From Algibacter sp. (GTDB lineage: Bacteria > Bacteroidota > Bacteroidia > Flavobacteriales > Flavobacteriaceae), in assembly GCF_029245835.1 (NCBI RefSeq), contig NZ_JAQWOO010000033.1:2447-66446 (forward strand): a DNA stretch of 64,000 nt. Direction: 5' to 3'. The translations under genes and the position numbers were made by a program. Positions 46,520 to 56,448 of the stretch are shown here, in pieces (position 1 is the first letter of the stretch; every line of letters begins with the position of its first letter). The notes beneath the pieces were generated by a model, which did no database searches, was not told the origin of the DNA, and was given only the letters and a program-made list of their open reading frames with translations.

Positions 46520-47836
46520 ATGAAGTATTTAATATATCAATCTCGTTATGTCATCTTTTCTCTTTCTTTTTTGTTGTTGTGTAGTTGTAATGCTCAGAGT
46601 AAAAAGAAATCCAATACTAATGTCACTAAATCCGAAATTCGTCTAACCGATGAAGGTTATCGTTTTTTTTTAAATGGTAATCCTTTTTACGTCAAAGGTG
46701 CTGGTGTTTCAGATATAAGTAGTCTTGAAACCCTGCATAAGCATGGGGCCAATGCCTTTAGAACTTGGAGTACTGATAATGGGAGAGAGAACCTAGACAA
46801 AGCTGATGAACTTGGTTTGAAGGTGATGATGGGTATTTGGGTAGGTTTAGAACGTCATGGATTCGATTATGATGATGAAAAAGCTGTACAGAGGCAATTA
46901 GAAAGTATTCGTGAACAAGTATTAGAACTAAAAGACCATCCTGCATTGATAATATGGGGAATAGGAAATGAAATGAACCACCATTCCAAAAACCCTAAAG
47001 TTTGGGATGCAGTGAATGAGATATCTGAAATGATTCATGAATTAGATCCGCATCATCTAACAACCACATCTTTAGCAGGAATAGATAAGAAGAATGTTGA
47101 TTTGATTAGCCATAGAGCATCTGATTTAGATTTCTTAAGTATTCAGTTATACGCAGCAATAGAAATACTTCCAGAGCTTATTACAAAATCTAATTATAAA
47201 GGGCCTTTATTGATTACTGAATGGGGAGCGACAGGTTATTGGGAAGTGGGTAAAACAGAATGGGGAGCACCATTGGAGAATAATAGCTCTGTAAAAGCAG
47301 ATTTTTATCGTAGTCGTTATGAAAAGTCTATTGTATCCCAATCACAACAAGTAATAGGTTCTTTCGTATTCCTTTGGGGGCAAAAGCAAGAACGGACACC
47401 CACTTGGTTTGGGATGTTTATGCCCGATGGAAATGAAACGGAATCGGTAGATGTTATGCATTATGTGTGGAATGGAGAATGGCCTGAAAACCGCACACCT
47501 AGGTTGATTGATTTTACCTTAGACGGAAAGCGGGCTGTGGACAATATTAAGTTGAAAGTAGGAAGTAGCTATTCTGCTCAAGTAAAAGCTTCTGATTATG
47601 ATGGAGATGAATTGATTTATCGTTGGGAAATAATGGAAGAAAGCCAATCAAACAAATCAGGAGGAGATGCAGAGTATATCCCTGATGTTATTAATGGCCT
47701 ATTTCCAGATAATACTGATAGCTCTACTTCGTTTTTAGCTCCTTCTCAACCAGGTGCTTATCGCTTATTTATATATGTAGAAGATGGTAATAGACATTCA
47801 GCACATGCCAACATCCCATTTTGGGTAGAGCACTAG
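46520..47836 (+). CDS. Clan GH-A (TIM-barrel, GH2/GH5-like) glycoside hydrolase lipoprotein with C-terminal Ig-like domain
   Basis: 438 aa. Lipobox LLCSC, acid/base motif GIGNEMN, and nucleophile motif LITEWGA. The exact family is not assignable by eye. Confidence 0.6.
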   Translation: MKYLIYQSRYVIFSLSFLLLCSCNAQSKKKSNTNVTKSEIRLTDEGYRFFLNGNPFYVKGAGVSDISSLETLHKHGANAFRTWSTDNGRENLDKADELGLKVMMGIWVGLERHGFDYDDEKAVQRQLESIREQVLELKDHPALIIWGIGNEMNHHSKNPKVWDAVNEISEMIHELDPHHLTTTSLAGIDKKNVDLISHRASDLDFLSIQLYAAIEILPELITKSNYKGPLLITEWGATGYWEVGKTEWGAPLENNSSVKADFYRSRYEKSIVSQSQQVIGSFVFLWGQKQERTPTWFGMFMPDGNETESVDVMHYVWNGEWPENRTPRLIDFTLDGKRAVDNIKLKVGSSYSAQVKASDYDGDELIYRWEIMEESQSNKSGGDAEYIPDVINGLFPDNTDSSTSFLAPSQPGAYRLFIYVEDGNRHSAHANIPFWVEH

Positions 47837-47986
47837 GTTTTTAGAATTTTATGTGATTTTTTTGCTTTTTTAAATGAAAGTAAGCCATATTACATGCAAT
47901 CTTTTTTTAGTCAAGAAGTTATAAGGATAGTTTAAAAGATGTTGAGTTGATTACGCCAAAAGCGTGATGTATTTGTACCAAAGTAA

Positions 47987-48052
47987 TTTGGTAATCCAAT
48001 GGATAAGGGTTTCTTTTTTCTTTATAGAAAATTGGGATGCTTTTTTGTTTTA
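47987..48052 (+). repeat. Partial (3' ~66 bp) copy of the DR / terminator module
   Basis: TTTGGTAATCCAATGGATAAGGGTTTCTTTTTTCTTTATAGAAAATTGGGATGCTTTTTTGTTTTA. It carries the DR-R variant patches. Confidence 0.75.
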
Positions 48053-48256
48053 CGTAAGGTTTACTTATTTGTTAAAGCTTTAAAAGTAGAAATAAAAATC
48101 ATTTTTAATTTTTACTGATTTTCATCATAAAATATTAAAAATTAACAGATTAAACGAAATTTATAGGTATTATAAATTATCAATTCGTTGTGTTTTAAAA
48201 GATGATAAAACATCTTTTTTGGCTACATTTAGGGCTTAATTTTAAAACATAATTTT

Positions 48257-49897
48257 ATGGAACACATATATAGTAAATGGCACCACCCCTATACGCCAGC
48301 TAAAAAGTATAAAAAGAAAGTAGCTTACTTTAGTATGGAGTTTGGTATAGACCAAACTTTTAATATTTACTCTGGAGGACTTGGTTTTCTCGCCGGATCA
48401 CACATGCGTTCGGGTTTAGAGTTAAAGCAGAATATGATTGGTATTGGTATGCTTTGGAAGTATGGTTATTACGATCAGGCAAGAAATGAAGACCAAACAT
48501 TAAAAACAGAATTTAATGAAAAGCATTTTGATTTTCTAGAAGATACTGGAATAGAAGTAGAAATAAAGCTGCATGATAATCCGCATGTAAAAGTTAGGGC
48601 TTATGTTTTAAAACCTGAAATCTTTGGAACTGTACCTATGTATTTTTTAAGTACAGATGTTGATGGTAATGACCATTTATCAAGAACTATTACAAATCAC
48701 TTATACGATAAAAATCCAGTAACAAGAGTTTCTCAAAGTATTGTTTTGGGTATTGCTGGAGCTAAAGTTGTAGAAGCATTAGGTGGTGCAGATACGTATC
48801 ATTTAAATGAAGGGCACGCATTACCCGCATTTTATTATTTAAGAGATAAGGGCGTAACCAAAGATCAAATGGTATTTACTACGCATACGCCCGAGAAAGC
48901 AGGAAATGAAGAACGAGATGCGCGTCATCTTAACAGATGTGGCTTTTTTGGGAGAACATTTTCTGAAGATGAGTTACATAGTGAAATGGTAAACGGAGGG
49001 ATGATTAATTATACTGTTTCTGCACTACGAATGGCTAGAAAGGCAAACGGCGTATCAAAACTTCATGCTATAGTTGCCAACGATATGTGGAAGGATTATG
49101 ATGGTATTTGCGACATTATTCCAATTACCAATGCCCAAAATCAAAAATTTTGGCAAGATGAAATAATCAAGACATCTTGGATGAAAAAGGATGCTGTTAT
49201 TTATAATCAAAGAAAATTACAGTTAAAAACCGAACTTTTTGAAGAGGTTTATAAACAAACAGGAAAGCAATTTGATCCTAATGTTTTAACTATTGTATGG
49301 GCAAGACGTTTTGCAGCTTATAAAAGAGCAGATTTATTATTGCGTGATTATGACCGTTTTAAAAGGTTAATTACTAACGATAAATATCCTGTGCAGATTA
49401 TTTGGGCAGGAAAACCGTATCCGTTTGATTATGGTGCTATAGATGTGTTTAATCATTTAGTACATCAATCTAAGCATGAGCCCAATCTTGCAGTGCTTAT
49501 TGGTTATGAAATAGATGTGTCTAAAAGGCTAAAATGTGGTTCTGATGTTTGGCTAAATACTCCGAGAATTACTCGCGAAGCTTCTGGAACAAGTGGTATG
49601 ACGGCTGCAATGAATGGCTCTGTAAATCTATCTACAGATGATGGTTGGATTCCAGAATTTAAAAAAGATGAACAAAATTGCTATGTAATTCCTGCTTTAG
49701 ATCATCATTTACCAACTTGGGATCAAGATAAAATAGATACAGATAATTTGTACCATATATTAGAAAACAAAGTTATTCCAACATATTATGAAAATCCTGA
49801 TAAATGGCAGGACATTGTGTTTAAAGCCATGGATGATGTGATTCCTGAGTTTACAACACAAAGAATGGCAGATGATTACTATAAGAAGTTGTTCTAA
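48257..49897 (+). CDS. Alpha-glucan phosphorylase (GT35)-like protein with substituted PLP-lysine motif
   Basis: 546 aa. AYFSMEFGI, IYSGGLGFLAG and FTTHTP are family hallmarks. However, EASGTSGMK reads EASGTSGMT (Thr codon ACG at 49601-49603), and GDHLKS reads GSHMRS. Confidence 0.7.
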   Translation: MEHIYSKWHHPYTPAKKYKKKVAYFSMEFGIDQTFNIYSGGLGFLAGSHMRSGLELKQNMIGIGMLWKYGYYDQARNEDQTLKTEFNEKHFDFLEDTGIEVEIKLHDNPHVKVRAYVLKPEIFGTVPMYFLSTDVDGNDHLSRTITNHLYDKNPVTRVSQSIVLGIAGAKVVEALGGADTYHLNEGHALPAFYYLRDKGVTKDQMVFTTHTPEKAGNEERDARHLNRCGFFGRTFSEDELHSEMVNGGMINYTVSALRMARKANGVSKLHAIVANDMWKDYDGICDIIPITNAQNQKFWQDEIIKTSWMKKDAVIYNQRKLQLKTELFEEVYKQTGKQFDPNVLTIVWARRFAAYKRADLLLRDYDRFKRLITNDKYPVQIIWAGKPYPFDYGAIDVFNHLVHQSKHEPNLAVLIGYEIDVSKRLKCGSDVWLNTPRITREASGTSGMTAAMNGSVNLSTDDGWIPEFKKDEQNCYVIPALDHHLPTWDQDKIDTDNLYHILENKVIPTYYENPDKWQDIVFKAMDDVIPEFTTQRMADDYYKKLF

Positions 49898-49923
49898 TTA
49901 AAAAACACATCAATTAAAGCATT

Positions 49924-49967
49924 CCTTTTTTTTATAAAGAAGATAGGGATGCTTTTTTGTTTTAGGG
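49924..49967 (+). repeat. Degenerate copy of the terminator module
   Basis: AAAGCATTCC...GGGATGCTTTTTTGTTTTAGGGA. The hairpin plus T-run lies directly after the phosphorylase-like gene. Confidence 0.55.
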
Positions 49968-50242
49968 AAAATTCGTCTTATGGTTTTGTGGATGTTTTTA
50001 GATTTTTCTTTTGGGATTAATAGGCAAAAATTCCATCAACTATTAAAAATATTATCTTGTTTTTAGGGACTTAAATTATTTGTGGCGTGTTATAAAAGCA
50101 TATAGAGTTTATATATTTAAATACGTAAGTGACCTTTCAGAAATAACGGTGTCTTATTATTGCTATTAATCAATAAAAGTTTTGCGAGGAAAAGCATACT
50201 TTTCTGAGAGAGAGTTACAAGACATTGTAGCTCTTTTTTTGT

Positions 50243-52750
50243 TTAAAACTCCTTTTTCCCAAACTCACTATCAATAAACTTCGCTTTACTTTTAGTTTTG
50301 TTAAATGAATAGGATAGGTTTAGCATCACCACATCCACTTCGTAAACATAGTTTGTTGTTGTAAAGAACTCTCCTGGTCTGGAGGTTGTAATGCGTTGCT
50401 CATTAGTGTCAAGTAATCCCATATCAATATTTTGCCATTGTAATGTAGCGACTAATTGATTGTTTAAGAAGCTCTTTTTGAAACTCAAATTAGGAGAATA
50501 GAATCTAGAATCTTCACCTTGTGCCGATTGTCTTTCTGATAAGTAATTTAAAGTAAATTGAAGCGTAGCCGTATCAGAGAAATTATAAGTACTATTCGCA
50601 TTTATAGAATATTGAGTAGCGTTATTATCAATTTTTTCGCCATTGTAAGCACCATCAATTTCGAAATTATAAATATTGAATCCTATAAAATTACTCCATT
50701 TATCTGTTGGTTTAATTTGAGCGCCTAATTCTAAACCAAGTGAACGTCCTGTTCCTATATTAGAATAAATACGGTCTAAAACCACATTGTCAAAACGAGC
50801 ATCGTCAGGATCAATTGGGGGACCGCTATAAATTTGATTGACGCGGTTTACTAAATTTTCTACATTTCTAAAATACGCTGTTGCAAAAAGGGAGTTGCCT
50901 TGGCTTATTTTTTTTGTGATGCCTATTTCTACTAAATCGATAAATTCTGGTAATAAGTTTTTATCGCCCTGCTCTAAAGTTTCAGAATGCTCCCGCTCTC
51001 TAAACGGATTCAGTTTAAAAGCAGATGGTCTATCCACACGTTTGCTGTAGGCCAGTTTTACATTCGTTTTATCATTAAGGCTATATTGAACAGATGCCGA
51101 TGGGAATAATTTTTCATAGTTATAATCTAAAGTCTCCTGGAAAGTACCTGCTTTGTCTGCTAAAATTAACTCTCTATCCAAAATTTCTAAACGTAAACCC
51201 GCTGCATATTCCCATTTGTCCTTTTTGCCACTTAATTGAACATATGTAGCATGAATATTTCTAATTAAATCAATATCACTTGAAAACAAATCGACTCTAG
51301 TAAATTCATCATTTAAATTGGTGCGTCTTCCGTAAAAGAAATCACCTCTATTATCTAAAGTTCTAAATTGGTAACCGGTTTCTAAAGTTCCGAATGCAAG
51401 TGGTTTCCATGTATAATCTAACTGTCCTCTAAACCCGTTTAACGGATTATCATTCGTATTGAATTCGTCTTGAATTAAACTATCGGTATTTGGGAAATTT
51501 AAGTTTCTATTGGTTGTTGGTCCACCAAGTAGGGTGTATTCATATAAAATGGAAGATGATAATCTCGATTTGTTAGTAAAAGTATGTGCATAATCAATAC
51601 TTCCTAATATAAAATCGCCATTTCGAATACGCAGGTTTTCATTAAAATAAGAGAGTTCAAAAATTTTGTTGTCTTCATCTCCAACAGGATAGGCTTCATT
51701 GTTATAAAGAATATCTGCTGTACGTGCTTTTTCTCGCTTTCCGGCGTAAAACCCTAGAGAAAATTCATCGTTAGGACTTGGTGTAAAATCAATAGTAAAC
51801 CGACCAGAATAATTTTCCTCATCAAAACTACGCTCACCATCAGATGGGAAATTGGTAAACACATTATCAACAATAGTCCATACATCACCCTCACGTCTTC
51901 CACTAATGTCTTTACGCTGGTAGTTGGCGCCAATAGAAATATTCCATTTATCTCTTCTTATGTTATATGTGCCATCAATACCGTAACGTTTTGTGTTTTC
52001 TTTATTATCATAATCTTCAATAGAAGGTAAGCCAGCACTCACATTTATTTGAGCAAAACTGCCGTTTATGCCACCTCTTTTGGTAATAATATTTAAAATT
52101 CCAGCTTTCCCCTCAGGATCATATTTAGCTGATGGTGCAGTAATCACTTCAACACGTTCAAGCGCATTTGCAGGAAGTTGGTTTAATAGTGTAGAGGCAT
52201 TTCCTTGAACCGGTTTGCCATCTAGCAAAACAACGAAACCGCTACTGCCACGAACACTAATTTCGCCTAAGCCATTTACACTAACCGATGGTAAATTTTT
52301 AATAACATCGGTAGCCGAACCACCTTGTGTGTTTTGAAACGCTTTGGTATTAAAAACCCGACGATCAATTTTGTTAATCACCGTAGCGCGTTCGCCTTTT
52401 ACCAAAACTTCAGCAAGCTCATTTTTTCCAATAATTAAAGAAATAGTACCTAGTGAAATAGATGTGTTTCTATTTGCTACTTCAACCGTATTTACCGTTT
52501 TAGTATCATAACCAATAAAAGAAGCTTCTAAATAATAACTTCCTTTCTTGATATCCTCAATAGCGAAATTTCCATCGGCATCTGTAATAACTCCAGCAAT
52601 CAATTCTTTGTTTAATTTAGAGTATAATGCCGCTGTTGCATATTCTAATGGTGCGTTAGTATCTCCGTCAATTATTTTACCAGTAATTTGGCTGTAAATT
52701 AATTGGTTTCCTAAAAAAAAAACTAGAAGTATTATGGTTAAATGTTTCAT
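50243..52750 (-). CDS. TonB-dependent receptor with N-terminal carboxypeptidase-regulatory-like domain
   Basis: 835 aa. Signal peptide, GKIIDGDTNAPLEYATA CarbopepD_reg pattern, plug region, and a C-terminal beta-barrel ending in an aromatic residue (F). Confidence 0.85.
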   Translation of the reverse strand: MKHLTIILLVFFLGNQLIYSQITGKIIDGDTNAPLEYATAALYSKLNKELIAGVITDADGNFAIEDIKKGSYYLEASFIGYDTKTVNTVEVANRNTSISLGTISLIIGKNELAEVLVKGERATVINKIDRRVFNTKAFQNTQGGSATDVIKNLPSVSVNGLGEISVRGSSGFVVLLDGKPVQGNASTLLNQLPANALERVEVITAPSAKYDPEGKAGILNIITKRGGINGSFAQINVSAGLPSIEDYDNKENTKRYGIDGTYNIRRDKWNISIGANYQRKDISGRREGDVWTIVDNVFTNFPSDGERSFDEENYSGRFTIDFTPSPNDEFSLGFYAGKREKARTADILYNNEAYPVGDEDNKIFELSYFNENLRIRNGDFILGSIDYAHTFTNKSRLSSSILYEYTLLGGPTTNRNLNFPNTDSLIQDEFNTNDNPLNGFRGQLDYTWKPLAFGTLETGYQFRTLDNRGDFFYGRRTNLNDEFTRVDLFSSDIDLIRNIHATYVQLSGKKDKWEYAAGLRLEILDRELILADKAGTFQETLDYNYEKLFPSASVQYSLNDKTNVKLAYSKRVDRPSAFKLNPFREREHSETLEQGDKNLLPEFIDLVEIGITKKISQGNSLFATAYFRNVENLVNRVNQIYSGPPIDPDDARFDNVVLDRIYSNIGTGRSLGLELGAQIKPTDKWSNFIGFNIYNFEIDGAYNGEKIDNNATQYSINANSTYNFSDTATLQFTLNYLSERQSAQGEDSRFYSPNLSFKKSFLNNQLVATLQWQNIDMGLLDTNEQRITTSRPGEFFTTTNYVYEVDVVMLNLSYSFNKTKSKAKFIDSEFGKKEF

Positions 52751-52957
52751 TCAAATAATAAGATTTGATAAGTTAAAAACTAATTGTGAAATTTTAAGCA
52801 AGCAAATGTATGTATAAATTGTATTAAACAATTATGTTGCAACAGACTAATTTGTTCTAATAAGGTTTACAATAAATAATTTGTAAGGTGTAAATAATTC
52901 ATAGATGCTAAGAGTAATTTTGTAAATTGCGTTGAATAAAATTCAGGATTTCAAAAC

Positions 52958-53959
52958 ATGGTTACTTTAAAACAATTAGCAAAGGAGTTGAGCGTTTCTA
53001 TATCAACAGTTTCTAAAGCCCTAAATAATAGTGAGGAAATAGGAGAGGACACCATAAGGCGTGTTAAAGAACTTGCTGAATTATATAATTACAGACCAAA
53101 TAAAGTAGCCTTAAGTTTAAAAAATAATAAAACTAAAACCATTGGAGTTCTAATTCCTAATATTCTAAATCGATTTTTAGCAAAAGTGCTTTTTGGTATT
53201 GAAAGAGAAGCTACTAAGCATGGTTATAATATAATAACCTGTATATCAAACGAATCGTTAGACAAGGAAAAAGAAAGTTTACAGTTGCTAGCTAATGGTA
53301 GTGTTGATGGTTTTATATTATCGGTTGCTCAAGAGTCTCAGATGAATAATGAGGTAGAGCATTTTAAAAGAACCATTAAACAAGGCTTGCCTATTGTTAT
53401 GTTTGATAGAGTTGCCCATGATGTTTTATGTGATAAAGTGATTGTTGATGATTTTGATGCGACTTATAATGCAACTAAAAAACTCATTGAAGAAGGAAGA
53501 AAGCACATTATTTTTATAAGTAATATTAATGATATAAGTGTTGGTAAATTAAGAGAGCGTGGTTACAATAAAGCCATGTTGGAAAGTGGAAGTCTTGAAC
53601 CATTTGTATTAAAAATAAAGAAGAAAGACGATCATGCAAAAAAGATAAAAAGCTTATTTAAAAAGCGAACAGCTATTGATGCTGTAATAGCCGCAGATAG
53701 TTCGTCAGGAATTATAGCTTTAAATACTGCGGTAAGTTCTGGTTTAAAAGTGCCAAAAGATATTTCGGTAATTGCATTCGCTAGTAAATCAGATTCGAAC
53801 CATACACTGCCAAAATTAACAACAATAAGGCAACATGCTAAAGTTATTGGAGCACATGCAGCGGAATTACTTATAAACAGAATTCAAAATCCTAATTCGG
53901 AAGATTTTAAAACAAAAATTATAAAGACTACTTTAATAAAAAACAAATCTACTTTGTAG
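52958..53959 (+). CDS. LacI-family transcriptional regulator
   Basis: 333 aa. N-terminal HTH TLKQLAKELSVSISTVSKALN and a periplasmic-binding-protein-like core. Confidence 0.85.
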   Translation: MVTLKQLAKELSVSISTVSKALNNSEEIGEDTIRRVKELAELYNYRPNKVALSLKNNKTKTIGVLIPNILNRFLAKVLFGIEREATKHGYNIITCISNESLDKEKESLQLLANGSVDGFILSVAQESQMNNEVEHFKRTIKQGLPIVMFDRVAHDVLCDKVIVDDFDATYNATKKLIEEGRKHIIFISNINDISVGKLRERGYNKAMLESGSLEPFVLKIKKKDDHAKKIKSLFKKRTAIDAVIAADSSSGIIALNTAVSSGLKVPKDISVIAFASKSDSNHTLPKLTTIRQHAKVIGAHAAELLINRIQNPNSEDFKTKIIKTTLIKNKSTL

Positions 53960-53991
53960 TTAAATACATACGGTTTTTTTCTTTTTTGCAC

Positions 53992-54042
53992 TTCGTCGAT
54001 GAAAAATGATGTATTTCGTCGAATATTTCTCTTTTCGTCGAA
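53992..54042. promoter_or_regulatory. Three copies of the 9-bp palindrome TTCGTCGAA/T
   Basis: The copies lie at 53992-54000 (TTCGTCGAT), 54015-54023 and 54034-54042 (TTCGTCGAA, a palindrome about the central T). Spacing is 23 and 19 bp. Confidence 0.35.
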
Positions 54043-54324
54043 AAAATTATATTTTATGTAGCCTTGTATTATACTTTAGTACTTCCTTAACCGAGCGACC
54101 CATTATTTCCCTAAGTTCAGTTAAGAAGAATTAATCCACATTTGACTTTTAAAGTCATATTCCCTCAAAAAAATTTTAGAGTCGCTCTACATATTACATG
54201 TATTCGGTTTTAAGTTAATTATCCATTTTTCCCTTAGCTACGATTTTGATTTCAAAATCTTGGTTCAAAATGCTATTCCAAAAGAATAGAGAAAAATATG
54301 TAAAACCTTAAAATCAAATTTAAT

Positions 54325-54480
54325 ATGAAAACCTTAAAAATTACTTTAATTACAGCATTGTTTTTTGCATCATTAACGTCTTGTACCAAACAAGATTTAA
54401 ACGAAGGTGATATCCAAAATGATTCAAATAATACGGTATCTAGAAATCTTCCTGTTACTGGAGGAGTCGTTCAAGATTAA
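54325..54480 (+). CDS. Small (51 aa) predicted lipoprotein
   Basis: It is below the ORF-track size cutoff. Sequence: MKTLKITLITALFFASLTSCTKQDLNEGDIQNDSNNTVSRNLPVTGGVVQD, with signal peptide plus lipobox LTSC. A near-perfect (17-bp) terminator hairpin follows. Confidence 0.5.
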   Translation: MKTLKITLITALFFASLTSCTKQDLNEGDIQNDSNNTVSRNLPVTGGVVQD

Positions 54481-54501
54481 GTTTATAGAAATTTTATATT
54501 T

Positions 54502-54538
54502 AAAAGACTCTTGGCAAATTTTGCCAAGAGTCTTTTTT
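54502..54538 (+). terminator. Rho-independent terminator
   Basis: AAAAGACTCTTGGCAAA/TTTGCCAAGAGTCTTTT, a near-perfect 17-bp stem followed by a T-run. Confidence 0.75.
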
Positions 54539-54597
54539 AATTTAAATAATTTAAAAATTATAAATACATTTGATAAATAGCAAATTTATCAGACCTA

Positions 54598-56439
54598 TTG
54601 AAATTTATATACCTTTATTCTATTATAATAGCCCTTGTATCTCAAGTAAATTCTCAGAATCAATCAAATGAGTACTTGCGTAAAATAGATTCAATACACA
54701 AGCATGTTTTGAATTCAAAAGTAACCGATTCAATAGCATTTGCTAAAATTCACTATTCACTTGCTGAATTACATAGGTATTCTCTTTCTGGCGATAGTGC
54801 CTATTATTACTATAAAAAAGCGGAGAAAGTTTACAAGCGATTAAACTACAAGTATGAAACTGCTATAACGCTTTATGGTATAGCCGTTATTCAAACTTAT
54901 GAAAAAGATTATACAGGCAGTGAGGTCACATCTATTGAAGCTATTTCTATTTTAGAAACACTTTATGATACTAATGATGTAAATAAATACAAGTCTTTCT
55001 TATATAATAATTTAGGGATTGTGTTTGATGAATTAAAAGAATACAATCAATCTATTAAATATTATAATTTATCACTTAATTTAAAAAGAAATTTAAAAGG
55101 GGATTTTAAAACAAGTATAGATAATTCTATAAATAATCTAGCTAGAGTTTACAGACGTTCTGGTGATTATAATTTGGCTATAAAATATTATGAACAGCTT
55201 TTAGAGGATCAGAATTTAATTATCGATCGGCCTGATTTTTATGCCTTAGTGTTAGATAATTACGCATATACGTTATACTTGTCCAAAGACTTTAGTCAAT
55301 TACCACAACTCTATTTTAAAGCTTTAAAAGTTACTGATAGTGTAAGTCCAAAGGGCTATAATTCTATTATTATAAATCAACATTTGGCTGAATACTTTAA
55401 TAGCATAAGTAATAAAGAATCAGCAAAGTATTATGCCTATAAAGCCAAAAGTATTTCAGAGTCATATCATAATGATGACCTGTTGAAATCTCTTCTTTTA
55501 CTTTCAGAAATTGAAGATGGAGATACTGCAACAAAACATCTTAGAGCGTATATAAAATTGAATGATAGTTTGCAAAAGGCAGAACGAACCATTAGAAATA
55601 AATTTGCAAGAATACGATTTGAAACCAAGCAAATTGAACTAGAAAACATTCAAATAACTAAAGAACGATTGTGGCTTTTAATAATATCTATTGTAGTTGT
55701 TTTAGCTTCATTACTCTTATATATTGTGATTTCTCAAAGAAATAAAAATAGAGAATTACAATTTATTCAAAAACAACAAGAAACTAATGAAGAGATTTAT
55801 AACCTCATGTTGTCACAAAATGAAAGTGTTGAAGAGGCTAGAAATCAAGAGAAAAAAAGAATTTCTGAGGAGCTACATGATGGGGTGCTAGGGCGTTTAT
55901 TCGGAGCGCGTTTAAGTCTAGATAGTTTAAATATGAGTAACAGTGCTGAGGCTATAAAAACTAGAGGTCAATACATAAATGGACTTAAAACTATTGAAGA
56001 GGATATTAGAAAAGTATCACATGAGTTAAATACTGATTTTGTTTCAGGTTCTGGTTTTATTGATATTATAAAAACCTTAGTTGAGACCCAATCCCAAGCA
56101 TATAATATAAGTCATAAACTAGAACAAGACGACGATATAAATTGGGATTCCGTATCTAATAAAAACAAAATCCATATATATAGAATTATTCAAGAAGTCC
56201 TCCATAATATACACAAACACGCTAATGCTACTAAGGTAAATATTAGTTTTAGACTGAAAAATAGTGTAATTTGCTTAAGCATTGAAGATGATGGTTCAGG
56301 CTTTGATGTAAATAAAGTAAAATCTGGTATTGGTTTAAAAAACATGAATTCTAGAATTAATGAAATTAACGGAACCATAAATATTACCTCAGAAAAAGAT
56401 GTAGGAACCAAAGTTAATATAGAGGCACCAATATCCTAA
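54598..56439 (+). CDS. TPR-repeat sensor histidine kinase (HisKA_3/NarX-type)
   Basis: 613 aa. Signal peptide, TPR-like repeats and one TM segment. H-box EEARNQEKKRISEELHDG and an HATPase_c domain (N, G1 and G2 boxes). Apparent TTG start. Confidence 0.8.
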   Translation: MKFIYLYSIIIALVSQVNSQNQSNEYLRKIDSIHKHVLNSKVTDSIAFAKIHYSLAELHRYSLSGDSAYYYYKKAEKVYKRLNYKYETAITLYGIAVIQTYEKDYTGSEVTSIEAISILETLYDTNDVNKYKSFLYNNLGIVFDELKEYNQSIKYYNLSLNLKRNLKGDFKTSIDNSINNLARVYRRSGDYNLAIKYYEQLLEDQNLIIDRPDFYALVLDNYAYTLYLSKDFSQLPQLYFKALKVTDSVSPKGYNSIIINQHLAEYFNSISNKESAKYYAYKAKSISESYHNDDLLKSLLLLSEIEDGDTATKHLRAYIKLNDSLQKAERTIRNKFARIRFETKQIELENIQITKERLWLLIISIVVVLASLLLYIVISQRNKNRELQFIQKQQETNEEIYNLMLSQNESVEEARNQEKKRISEELHDGVLGRLFGARLSLDSLNMSNSAEAIKTRGQYINGLKTIEEDIRKVSHELNTDFVSGSGFIDIIKTLVETQSQAYNISHKLEQDDDINWDSVSNKNKIHIYRIIQEVLHNIHKHANATKVNISFRLKNSVICLSIEDDGSGFDVNKVKSGIGLKNMNSRINEINGTINITSEKDVGTKVNIEAPIS

Positions 56440-56448
56440 CGACAAATT

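Noticed and set aside
50205-50240. Plus-strand terminator-like hairpin AGAGTTACAA/TTGTAGCTCT plus a T-run just before the TonB-receptor stop
   Set aside because: The stem is imperfect and there is no plus-strand gene or promoter upstream to terminate. A 28-aa ORF at 49980 looks spurious.
54086-54187. Possible pseudoknot-like RNA upstream of the small lipoprotein gene
   Set aside because: The evidence is CTTAAC/GTTAAG and GAGCGAC/GTCGCTC complementarities plus three TTCCCT motifs. The stems are only 6-7 bp across long distances in AT-rich DNA. That is easily chance, and there is no comparative support.
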